Source of the DNA: a virus
Lineage: Duplodnaviria; Caudoviricetes
Strand: one strand, 5' to 3'
IMG/VR virus record: IMGVR_UViG_3300026382_000017
Location: 1 to 60,818 of that record
DNA: 60,818 nucleotides
In this document: positions 27,291 to 36,080 of the stretch, piece after piece
How positions within the stretch are numbered: position 1 is the stretch's first letter
Layout: each line of letters opens with the position of its first letter
Program-made: the position numbers and the translations under genes
The notes under the pieces: model-generated
The model's input: only the letters and a program-made list of their open reading frames with translations
Told to the model about the DNA's origin: nothing
Databases searched by the model: none

Positions 27291-27362
27291 ATTATACTAA
27301 AAAATAAAATAAATGTCAAGTCTTTTTATAGGAATTATATCAAATATTTATATAAATGTCAA
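27291..27362 (-). promoter_or_regulatory. Two tandem consensus promoters for the rep-terS-terL operon (27291-27319, 27334-27362)
   Basis: Both TTGACA-17-TATAAT. Confidence 0.8.
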
Positions 27363-27400
27363 AAGTATTAAAATATTATATAAGAATATTAAAATAATCT

Positions 27401-27509
27401 TAGCTAACTAACTATATGATATGGTTTTCCGCACTTTTTTGAAGGCTAAATTTTACTATTTTTCAACTCAAAAAAGTGCGGAAAACCATATCATATAGTT
27501 AGTTAGCTA
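27401..27509. repeat. Perfect 42-bp inverted repeat (25-nt spacer) built from the family A core; candidate replication origin
   Basis: 27401-27442 is the exact reverse complement of 27468-27509; next to rep, at a strand switch. Confidence 0.9.
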
Positions 27510-27782
27510 TATTTGCTAACATAAATTATAATAGATACATTTATTTTATATCTATTATGTTATAAAATATTATTTATAAAACTATTAGGAGTATCAATAT
27601 AGCACATGTCTAAAACCTCGAATTGATGGTATTTTCAAAAATGATACTATGTCATAATCACTATATAGCATAATAAATATTGTCTTTCAAAACCCCCGAT
27701 ATATCGAGGTTTTAGAACACTTAAAAAGTTACTTTTAAAAAAAAGCAATTTATATATAGAAGGGCAATAAAAGGAGTTACTA

Positions 27783-29132
27783 TTGTTTAATGTAACACAA
27801 TTATTTTCAAAGCGTTCGCCTAAAACTAATTCTCCCCCAGATGAAAGTTATAATAGGCAACCTATTGAAACAAAAGCAACAAAAGCAAACAAATTATTTA
27901 TGGAAAATGCTGAAATAACAACATCAACACAAGGATTTATAAATGCTTATAGCAATGCCGACCTGATATATTCCTGTGTTAGTTATGCGTCTGATATTAT
28001 TTCACAAATAAAAATAAATGCTTTTAAACAAGATAAACAAGGTGAATTAACTGAATACGGCAATGAGAAATTATTGAATTGGTTACGCCAACCTAATCCA
28101 TTTCAAAGTATGCCTGATATTCTTTATTTATACGCACAAAGTTATTTTTTAGCTGGTAATGCGTATTTAACCTTTGAAAAAGTCGGAAGTAATTATGAAG
28201 GGTGGATTTTAAACCCTGTTAAAACAAAAGTTGTTCCTGATACAAGACAATTTATAAAAGGCTATATTTATGATGATAAAGTAGCTTACAAATTAAATGA
28301 AATGATACCTTTTAAAAATAGTTTTTTAGGTAATGAATTTTATGGGCAAAGTTACTTAACAGCATTGGTTGACCCTTTATCAATTGAAGGTTTTGCTGTT
28401 GATGATTTGAAGTCGTTTTTTGCCAATTCCTTAGTTGCACAAGGGATTTTTACAAGTGAATTTCCTTTAACAAAAGCACAAATAGAGGCGTTGAGAGAGC
28501 AATTTAGAACGCTTTATGGTAGAGGAGGCGAAGAAAGATATGGTCATATTATTGCCCCTAATAGTTTAAAATATCAACCATTGAAATTAACACCAAAAGA
28601 CGGAATGCTTTTAGAAGCTCTTGGGGTTACAGAAGAAAGAATATATAAAGTATTTAGATTAAATCCTATATTATTAGGTATTGGTGTTAAAAATACGAGC
28701 AATTCAGGAACAAGTTTAAAAGAGCAAAAGAAAATTTATATAAATAATTTTATTCGACCAATAATAAATAGAATGCTAAAACAATGGGAAACAGCATTTA
28801 GAAGAATATTTAAAGACCCTGATTTAGTATTAATGCCTGATTACAGTGCTATACCAGAAGTCAATACAGCTCTTGAAGAAAAGATAGATAGTGTTAAAAC
28901 TGCTGTTAGTTTAGGTTTATTGAGTCAAAATGAGGGTAGAGCTGTATTAGGATATAGAAAACTTGAAGGTCAATTAATGGATAGTCATTTAGCACCAAGT
29001 TATTTGTATGGTACTGAACCTTTAGATTTAATGACAGGAGAGGTAGTTAATTTAGCACCTACTAATCAACAACCAAGTCCTAATGGTAGTACAAATTCAG
29101 AAGGAGGCAAACAAGATGGTGTTAGCCGGTAA
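27783..29132 (+). CDS. Portal protein (HK97 family)
   Basis: IYSCV..ISQI, PNPFQS, GNAY, GQSYL..L, FFAN, IYKVFRLNP.LLG, LSQNEGR..LG. Confidence 0.92.
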   Translation: MFNVTQLFSKRSPKTNSPPDESYNRQPIETKATKANKLFMENAEITTSTQGFINAYSNADLIYSCVSYASDIISQIKINAFKQDKQGELTEYGNEKLLNWLRQPNPFQSMPDILYLYAQSYFLAGNAYLTFEKVGSNYEGWILNPVKTKVVPDTRQFIKGYIYDDKVAYKLNEMIPFKNSFLGNEFYGQSYLTALVDPLSIEGFAVDDLKSFFANSLVAQGIFTSEFPLTKAQIEALREQFRTLYGRGGEERYGHIIAPNSLKYQPLKLTPKDGMLLEALGVTEERIYKVFRLNPILLGIGVKNTSNSGTSLKEQKKIYINNFIRPIINRMLKQWETAFRRIFKDPDLVLMPDYSAIPEVNTALEEKIDSVKTAVSLGLLSQNEGRAVLGYRKLEGQLMDSHLAPSYLYGTEPLDLMTGEVVNLAPTNQQPSPNGSTNSEGGKQDGVSR

Positions 29133-29153
29133 ATATATGTTTAAGGGGTAAAA

Positions 29154-30800
29154 ATGGAATTGAAAGAAAAAGTGAAAGGGTTTTTAGGTTGTGAAACAAA
29201 AACTCTTTCAGCAAATGATGAATACGTAGAAATAGAGGGTTATGCTAATTACCTATCAAAAGATAGAGATGGAGATATTGTAATACCGTCAGGAATTGAT
29301 TTGTCACATTATGAAAAAAATCCTATTGTTTTATATCAACATAATCAAAAAGAGCCTTGTGGTAAAGTTGTGAACATTGAATTGCGCCCTGATGGTCTTT
29401 ACGTTAAAGCAAGAATATATAAAGCCTTACATGAAAAAGCTTATAATGCTGTTAAATTAGGTGTTTTAAAAACTTTTTCTATTGGTTTTATGGGGCTTGA
29501 CGGTGAATATGATGATGAAACTGATACATTCTTTTTCAAGAAGACTGAATTATTTGAGATAAGTGTTGTTTCAGTTCCAAGCAACAGAGAAAGTGTATTT
29601 GAAGTTTTACAGTCTCCTTGTGGTGATGGTTTTTGTTTAGCTCAAAGGAATTTTTCAAAAACTTTAAAAAGTCAAGAAAAAATAAAAATTGACAATTCAA
29701 AAATTTCTGATAGAAAATGGTCTGATGTTGATAAAACAGCAATGGCACAAAAACTTGAAGAGGTTGGGAGTAAGAGAGCTATAAAAGAAGCTTATTTATA
29801 TATTGAAGATTATGATAAAAGAAGTACTTGGTGTTGTCCTCATCACGAATTAGAAGGTAATACTTTGGTTTTAAATAAAAATGGTGTTATTGCAGCATAT
29901 CAAGCTTTAGAGGGAGCACACGGTACTAAACCTAATATTCCTACTGAAGATTTAGATGAAGTTTATAAACATATTGCAAAACATTATAAACAATTATTTG
30001 AAGCTGGTTTAATAAATGATATACCAGAAAAATTAAAGGAACTGTTAGGTATGAAAAAAGAAGTAAAAGAACAGGGTACTGAATTAACAGTTGATAATAT
30101 TGTTAATGAAATATCAAAACAGTCAGGTGTTCCAGAAGAAGAAGTTATCAAAATGTTATTGTTTATGAATTTTTCAATCTTCAAAAAAGACGGAACGCTT
30201 ACAAAATTCGCTGAAAAATATAAGATTAGAAAAAATACTTGGTATGAGGATTTATATTCTGTTTTAAAACAAATGAAAGAAGAATATAAAGGTGATAGAG
30301 AAAGAAATGCTTTTACTGAAATAATGAAAAGTTTGGCATTATCAAGTATTTCAAGAGCGAGTGCTTGGATTTATGATACTTATGTTAAAACGGAAGAAGG
30401 AAATCAAGCTGAACAATTATTAACATCAAGAACTTTCGCAGAAGCTTGGTTTTTTAATACGATGGGTATAACGCTTGATAATTTACTAAAATTCAAGAGC
30501 GTTGTAAAACTAATGGATAAGTATTTTGATGTAGTTTCTTCTTTTGTGAATAGTAGGAAATACACAGAAGGAAAGGAATCAAAGAATATGAATGATAAGA
30601 AAATAAAAGAGCTTGAAGCAAGAATTGCTGAATTAGAAGCTCAATTGGAAAAACAAAAAACTTTATCGCTTGATGAAGTTAAAGAGTTTCTTTTAAAAGA
30701 AATTGAAAGTGGTGATGTTGGTGGTTTACTTACGTTTTATGATGAAGTTGGAAAACAACTAAACAATAAATTAACAAAAATCTTAGAAGGAGATGAATAA
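29154..30800 (+). CDS. Prohead maturation protease (HK97-type) with long C-terminal extension
   Basis: IEGYA, DRDGDIV, LYQHN, FSIGF, LFEISVVSVPSN. Confidence 0.9.
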   Translation: MELKEKVKGFLGCETKTLSANDEYVEIEGYANYLSKDRDGDIVIPSGIDLSHYEKNPIVLYQHNQKEPCGKVVNIELRPDGLYVKARIYKALHEKAYNAVKLGVLKTFSIGFMGLDGEYDDETDTFFFKKTELFEISVVSVPSNRESVFEVLQSPCGDGFCLAQRNFSKTLKSQEKIKIDNSKISDRKWSDVDKTAMAQKLEEVGSKRAIKEAYLYIEDYDKRSTWCCPHHELEGNTLVLNKNGVIAAYQALEGAHGTKPNIPTEDLDEVYKHIAKHYKQLFEAGLINDIPEKLKELLGMKKEVKEQGTELTVDNIVNEISKQSGVPEEEVIKMLLFMNFSIFKKDGTLTKFAEKYKIRKNTWYEDLYSVLKQMKEEYKGDRERNAFTEIMKSLALSSISRASAWIYDTYVKTEEGNQAEQLLTSRTFAEAWFFNTMGITLDNLLKFKSVVKLMDKYFDVVSSFVNSRKYTEGKESKNMNDKKIKELEARIAELEAQLEKQKTLSLDEVKEFLLKEIESGDVGGLLTFYDEVGKQLNNKLTKILEGDE

Positions 30801-32017
30801 TGAGTATTGAAGTTATTAAAAATATGAAAGCAGAAATTGAGGCATTAAAAAAAGACCTCGATAGTGCTAAATCTACAAGTGAAGCTATTAAAGCTATTGA
30901 GGCAAGAATTGATGAAATAGAGGCTCAAAGAAAGAAAACATTTGATGTTACAAGTGCGGATGAAGCTACTGTAAAAAAAGTTGCAAAAAAAGCGGCGGAT
31001 CTTGCATTGAAAGCTAAATTACTTGGTAGAGATTACAAATCGTTTGCTGAATTCAAAGAGGTTGCTCCTGTAATTGAAAAAGCAATTACACCAAGCTCAA
31101 TTGAAAATTGGATTGATGAACAATTTAGTAAACAAATTATAGACCTTATGGAATATGATTTGAAAATTGAGAAACTGTTTGGTAGTGTTGTTGTTCCTGA
31201 TGGTGTTGGTAGACTGTCATTCCCTCAAAAAACAGGTAGAAGTAAAGCGTATCTAATTCAACCAGCACAAGACGCAGTAGAAAGTGCTATTACAGGTGGC
31301 AAAGTAACATTTGACCCTGTTAAGCTTAAAACACTTGTTATTGTTTCCGAAGAAGCAAGAAACGAAGCTGTTGTTGGTGCATTGCTTGATGTTGTAAAAC
31401 AAGATATGGCATATTCTCTTGCAATGGGTATTGAAGATGCATTAATTAATGGTGATAAATCTGGTGATATAAATAATAACCCACCAGCTACTGATGTTAA
31501 AAATGCTTTTGACGCATTGAGAAAATATGGTCTTGCAAATACTGTTGATAATGGTGGTGGTTCAATTACTGTTGCTAATATTAGAAAAGCTGTTAAACAA
31601 ATGGGTGTTTATGGGGTGCAGCCAAGAGAATGCGTACTTATTGTAAATCCAAGAGTTTATGCACAAATTAAAGAAATTCCAGAGCTTCAAACAATTGACA
31701 AAATTGGTAATAGTGCTGTTTTAAGAACAGGTACTGTTGCAATGCTTGATGGTATGGAAATTATTGTTTCTGATTTTATTCCTAATAACTTAAATGCTGA
31801 AGGCAAAGTTGATGGTGAAGACACTTCAACAAAAACAGCAGCACTTGTTGTAAATACAAAAGCATTTAAAGTTGGTAAAAGAAATACTGTTGAGTTTGAA
31901 AGAGATAAAAGCATAATTAACGATACGCTAATCTTTACATCAAGAACATATAGAGACTTTAAGAAAATTGCTGTTGAGGATACTGCAATTGCTGAAATTG
32001 TAAATATTAGTGACTAA
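30800..32017 (+). CDS. Major capsid protein (HK97 fold, N-terminal coiled-coil delta domain)
   Basis: Position after the protease; coiled-coil N-terminus, IEDALINGD, LDGMEIIVSDFIP. Confidence 0.9.
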   Translation: MSIEVIKNMKAEIEALKKDLDSAKSTSEAIKAIEARIDEIEAQRKKTFDVTSADEATVKKVAKKAADLALKAKLLGRDYKSFAEFKEVAPVIEKAITPSSIENWIDEQFSKQIIDLMEYDLKIEKLFGSVVVPDGVGRLSFPQKTGRSKAYLIQPAQDAVESAITGGKVTFDPVKLKTLVIVSEEARNEAVVGALLDVVKQDMAYSLAMGIEDALINGDKSGDINNNPPATDVKNAFDALRKYGLANTVDNGGGSITVANIRKAVKQMGVYGVQPRECVLIVNPRVYAQIKEIPELQTIDKIGNSAVLRTGTVAMLDGMEIIVSDFIPNNLNAEGKVDGEDTSTKTAALVVNTKAFKVGKRNTVEFERDKSIINDTLIFTSRTYRDFKKIAVEDTAIAEIVNISD

Positions 32018-32021
32018 AATT

Positions 32022-32051
32022 AGTCAATAGGGCTTTGCCCTTGACTTTTTT
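32022..32051 (+). terminator. Intrinsic terminator after the capsid gene
   Basis: AGTCAATAGGGC-TTT-GCCCTTGACT followed by a T run. Confidence 0.7.
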
Positions 32052-32064
32052 AAATTTACTTTAG

Positions 32065-32140
32065 TGGGTAGTAGTTTAGTCGGTAGAACGAATGGCTGTT
32101 AACCATTAGGTCGTAGGTTCGAGTCCTACCTACCCAGCCA
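32065..32140 (+). tRNA. tRNA-Asn(GTT)
   Basis: Acceptor TGGGTAG/CTACCCA, anticodon arm AATGG-CTGTTAA-CCATT, GGTTCGAGTCC T-arm, encoded CCA. Confidence 0.95.
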
Positions 32141-32197
32141 AAATATTTTATTGTAAAAAATTAAAATTGTTACAATAAAATATTTTGAGGAGGTATT

Positions 32198-32434
32198 ATG
32201 TTTTATGTCATAAAAAAGACAAAAGGTCAGATGGAATCAAAAGGTAAAGTTTTTGTGTTTAAACAAAAAGTAAAAGTTTCAAAAGAGATGTATAAATATT
32301 TGAAAACTAATTTTAGTAATATGTTTGAATTTGAAGAAGAAAAAACTAAACCAACTACTTTGAAGAACGAAAAAGTTGTAGTAACAAAAGCGCCTACTAA
32401 AAGGACGAGAGGTAAAGCAGTAAAGGATAAATAA
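32198..32434 (+). CDS. Small basic virion-module protein
   Basis: 78-aa ORF, GAGGAGG RBS, typical post-capsid position. Confidence 0.7.
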   Translation: MFYVIKKTKGQMESKGKVFVFKQKVKVSKEMYKYLKTNFSNMFEFEEEKTKPTTLKNEKVVVTKAPTKRTRGKAVKDK

Positions 32435-32967
32435 TGAGCCATTATTTATTGGATGAATTTAAGATTTATAAAGATATAAATTTAGATGATACAGATAAAG
32501 ATGATAAAATATCATTGTTTTTGTCAGCAGTTGAAAAGTTTTTAAATAAAACTTATGGTATTTACTTAAAAAAAACTGATGAAATAACGGAAAAATTTTC
32601 AGTGTTAGGAAATACGATATTATTACCAAGTAACAATGTAGAAGTTACAAAAGTTGTTATAAATGATAAAGAGTGGGATTTAGACGATTTATATTTAAAA
32701 GGTAATGTGTTAAAAGCTATAAATAATCCTTTTCCTAATGGTGTTAAAAATGCGGAAGTAACATATAAATTAGGTTTTGATGAAATACCTTATGATTTAA
32801 AAATAGCAGTTTTTATTTTAACGTCGAGGTTACTTTCTTCTGCTGAAAATTCAGGAGAAGAAATGGAATATTTAGCAGACCCTGTTGGAGGTAAAATGAG
32901 GATGGTTAAAAACATACCTTCTGATTTTTTCCTCTTGATTGCTCCTTATAGAACAATGTTTGTGTGA
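32434..32967 (+). CDS. Head-tail connector/adaptor (gp6-like)
   Basis: LDEFKIY..D.DDKI, VTYKLGFDEIPYDLKIAV, LIAPYR. Confidence 0.8.
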   Translation: MSHYLLDEFKIYKDINLDDTDKDDKISLFLSAVEKFLNKTYGIYLKKTDEITEKFSVLGNTILLPSNNVEVTKVVINDKEWDLDDLYLKGNVLKAINNPFPNGVKNAEVTYKLGFDEIPYDLKIAVFILTSRLLSSAENSGEEMEYLADPVGGKMRMVKNIPSDFFLLIAPYRTMFV

Positions 32968-33493
32968 GGGAAAAATGTCTAAAAAAGTATATGTAGATTT
33001 TGTTCATAGTAGTGTTTTAGAAACAAAAAACACTATTGTTACAACAATAGAAGGAGCATTTTCTGAACGCTTTAAAAATATCATTGTTGCTTCTTTAAAA
33101 GAAGCATTGTTACAAGAACAAAAAGAATGGGCTGAAAAGGTTAAAGAGCGATTAAATGATGTTATTCCAAAACATATGTTACATAAAAAAAGGTATCCAC
33201 GAAATAGAGAATTTCCTTACTTAAATTCAGGAGAGTTACGAGATTCAACTTTTACTTTTTTACATCAGCAACTTGGTGATAAGAGTGTAACATTTAATTT
33301 ATGGTATAAATTTTTATCTAAACACGCTTTTTTTACAACAAATGCTATAAGAAGTGATGATACCCCCGGTTGGAAAGGATGGACTGATAGGGTTTTTGAA
33401 AAAGGAGGAAGCAATTTTGTTTCAGCTAAACAAATGGTTCGACGTTTGTTTGAAAAAGACAAATTGCAATTATTAATAAGGAAAAGTTTATGA
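32939..33493 (+). CDS. Neck/tail completion protein (putative; true start probably the ATG at 32975)
   Basis: Synteny; P..SGELRDS motif. Confidence 0.65.
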   Translation: MLLIEQCLCEGKMSKKVYVDFVHSSVLETKNTIVTTIEGAFSERFKNIIVASLKEALLQEQKEWAEKVKERLNDVIPKHMLHKKRYPRNREFPYLNSGELRDSTFTFLHQQLGDKSVTFNLWYKFLSKHAFFTTNAIRSDDTPGWKGWTDRVFEKGGSNFVSAKQMVRRLFEKDKLQLLIRKSL

Positions 33494-33897
33494 GAGAACA
33501 AATATTTGAAGCACTTGTGAAGGCAATAAAAAATAGTAATAAATTTAAGAAAGTTTATAGTGGTGTGTTACCTCCTATACCAAATGTTAAGTCTTTTCCT
33601 TCCGTTGCAATTGTTATTGATACAGAAAAAAGAGAGCGTGTCAACATAACAAGTTGTAATTTTCAAAGTATGTTACAAATAACAATTATGTTATATGGCA
33701 AAGCAAAGACAAATGCTTATACTGATGTTTTAAGCGAAAAAATAAAAGATTTAGAAGAAATTATACAAAAAGACGAAACTTTAAATGATTTAGTTTTAGA
33801 TGTATTTGTAAAAAGCATTCAGCAAGATGGTGGTATTTTATATCCCTACCAACTTGCTGAAATGACGATAGTTGCTTATTTTAGACAAAATATATAA
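33490..33897 (+). CDS. Tail terminator protein (putative)
   Basis: MREQI..AL, FPSVAI; directly before the tail tube gene. Confidence 0.7.
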   Translation: MREQIFEALVKAIKNSNKFKKVYSGVLPPIPNVKSFPSVAIVIDTEKRERVNITSCNFQSMLQITIMLYGKAKTNAYTDVLSEKIKDLEEIIQKDETLNDLVLDVFVKSIQQDGGILYPYQLAEMTIVAYFRQNI

Positions 33898-33906
33898 GGA
33901 GAATAA

Positions 33907-34932
33907 ATGGCAAGAAAAACAAGAGGAATTGTAACTCTAATAAAAGAAGAAGCTACTTACAATGTTGCACCTGCTTTTTCAGATAGTGATGTAGTATTGA
34001 CAGCAAAAGCAGATGTTGCGCCTAAAGTAGATACAGTTGAAAGAAAAGCTTTATCGTGTTCACTGATTACAGAAGCTGGTATTCCTGTTAGGTTTACAGC
34101 AAGTGGTTCAATCGATGTTGAAATGATGGCAGATACTGATGCTGATGGACATCCACAAATGTATGCAGATGTTTTATATGTTGCGGCTATGGGTGAAAAA
34201 AATGTTGCAACAGGTGCAAATGGGACAGGCGGATTTATAGGAAAAACTTCTGATGGGTCAACAGATGTAAATGAAATAAATGAAGCAGATGCCGACCACG
34301 CAGGAGACGCTACAATTTATAAAGTTAAAGATGGTGATAAAACTTCTATTGCTATCAAAAAATTTTATGATAGTGGTGACGCTGTGCTTGTGGCAACAGG
34401 TTTAGTTGTTAGCAAAATGGATTTGAATTTTACACAAGCAGATATTCTTTTAGCGTCTTTCTCACTTGAAGGTGCTGGGTATGAAACAGAAACAGGACAA
34501 ACTAAACCTGCGTGTGTTATTCCAAGTGGAACACCTTTTGTGGGGAAAAATGCTAAATTTACATATAAAAACAATACTGTAAATGCTCAAAATATAACTA
34601 TTAGTGTTGAAAATAAAGTTACTTCTGTTGAAAGTATTACTGCTGAGGGTTATATTGATAAAGTATTTATAGAAAAATCTATTACGGGACAATTTACAGT
34701 ATTATTTGAGGATTTTAGTTATCTCGAGGATTTAACAAACCAAACTATTGGTGAATTATTTCTTGATATACCAAAAGGAAGTCAACATATTGGTGCATAT
34801 TGTCCAAGAATTAAAGTAACAGATACACAAATTAATGATAATTCAAATGGTTTAATTGAAGTTACTGTTTCTTTCAAAGCAGAGAAAGACAGTAATAGAA
34901 ATGAAGTTCTTTATCTTGGAGTTAAAGCATAA
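33907..34932 (+). CDS. Major tail tube protein
   Basis: EATY...P N-terminus, beta-rich, ITGQFTV.FED; synteny. Confidence 0.8.
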   Translation: MARKTRGIVTLIKEEATYNVAPAFSDSDVVLTAKADVAPKVDTVERKALSCSLITEAGIPVRFTASGSIDVEMMADTDADGHPQMYADVLYVAAMGEKNVATGANGTGGFIGKTSDGSTDVNEINEADADHAGDATIYKVKDGDKTSIAIKKFYDSGDAVLVATGLVVSKMDLNFTQADILLASFSLEGAGYETETGQTKPACVIPSGTPFVGKNAKFTYKNNTVNAQNITISVENKVTSVESITAEGYIDKVFIEKSITGQFTVLFEDFSYLEDLTNQTIGELFLDIPKGSQHIGAYCPRIKVTDTQINDNSNGLIEVTVSFKAEKDSNRNEVLYLGVKA

Positions 34933-35015
34933 GTTTACCTCCAAGCCCTTTATGGGCTACAATAGATAATTATCGTTATTTATTGTAGCCTATAAATTTA
35001 AAAAAGGAGAGATAG

Positions 35016-35429
35016 ATGGCAATTAAGGTAGTTAAACAAGAAAAGAAAGAATTTACATATATTCCGGTAGAAGAGAGAGGTAGTGAAAATCCTGTTAAAG
35101 TTGTTTTTAAATCTTTAACTAAAGCGGAAAGAGCAGCTTTAGAAGATAAGTTGATTAGGCTTAATCCAGACCAAACAGTTACTGTAGCAAATGCAACTTA
35201 TATTTTAGAGGTATTTAAAACAGCTATTGTAGATATTCAAGGTTTAATTGATGAAGACGGCAATGAAGTAAAATTAAAAAAAGAACATGGAGTTTTGGCA
35301 CAAGAATTTATTGAAATGTTACCAGATGATTTTATTCAAGAAGTAGGTAATGTTATTATAGCAGTTTCAAAAGACCCTCAAAATGCTGATATTTATTTAG
35401 GAAATGTTGGGGAAGAAAATAAGGAATAG
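35016..35429 (+). CDS. Tail assembly chaperone
   Basis: Between tube and tape measure genes; AGGAG RBS. Confidence 0.7.
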   Translation: MAIKVVKQEKKEFTYIPVEERGSENPVKVVFKSLTKAERAALEDKLIRLNPDQTVTVANATYILEVFKTAIVDIQGLIDEDGNEVKLKKEHGVLAQEFIEMLPDDFIQEVGNVIIAVSKDPQNADIYLGNVGEENKE

Positions 35430-35432
35430 TAG

Positions 35433-36080
35433 GTGACTCCTATTTACAAAGAGAAATACCCTGTTGAAGTATATAAAGCTAAAAATGATTTAAGATATGA
35501 TGTAGCTTATTATAGGGTATTAACTAAAAGAGAGCTATTGGATTTAGCTTCTCTTTATTTAAAAGAAAATATAATTACACCTTTATATAAATTAAAAGTG
35601 GTTGAAACTGCTTTATCAGATAAAACTATTATAAATTATTTTTCTGATGATGATATTGATAATTTATTTAAAGAAATAATTGATAAATCAGTAGTTTCAG
35701 AAGATGAATTACAAAAAATTGAAGATTTATTTTGGCTTTTAAATGATAAAAATTTAAAATCTGATACTTGGAATTGTGAAAAATGTAAAGAGTTGGGTTT
35801 GCAGACAAGTAGAGGTTGTAAATTTTTACCAGAGGAAAAAAGGGAAGAAATACAAATTTATGCGGGTGGTAGGTTATGGAATTATTGCCCTATTTATGAA
35901 GTAGAAATGAATAAAAAATTATTAAATAATGCTTTTGAAGCGTATAGGTATTTTGATAAAGGAACATTGCCGGAAAGTGGGAGTGTTTATGACCAAACAT
36001 TAGGGTTTATTGAGTATAGTAATAAAGTGGCTTCTTTAATAAAAGAGTTGGAGGCACGAGAGTTAAAAAAGGATAAATAA
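35433..36080 (+). CDS. Second tail assembly chaperone-like protein (Cys cluster)
   Basis: CEKC...GC...CP and LPESGSVYDQ; directly precedes the tape measure gene. Confidence 0.65.
   Translation: MTPIYKEKYPVEVYKAKNDLRYDVAYYRVLTKRELLDLASLYLKENIITPLYKLKVVETALSDKTIINYFSDDDIDNLFKEIIDKSVVSEDELQKIEDLFWLLNDKNLKSDTWNCEKCKELGLQTSRGCKFLPEEKREEIQIYAGGRLWNYCPIYEVEMNKKLLNNAFEAYRYFDKGTLPESGSVYDQTLGFIEYSNKVASLIKELEARELKKDK

Noticed and set aside
26143-27509. An integrated plasmid or phage-plasmid lifestyle
   Set aside because: No partition genes, plasmid backbone or junctions are visible, and the origin-like core is spread across the phage genome; cannot be fully excluded because the window is partial
32065-32140. 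tRNA genes as prophage attachment sites
   Set aside because: Phage genes continue on both sides, with no integrase and no host genes in the window
35400-35440. Programmed frameshift or readthrough between the tail chaperones
   Set aside because: The ORFs are in the same frame separated by two TAG stops, there is no clear slippery heptamer, and the second ORF has its own AAGGA RBS before GTG
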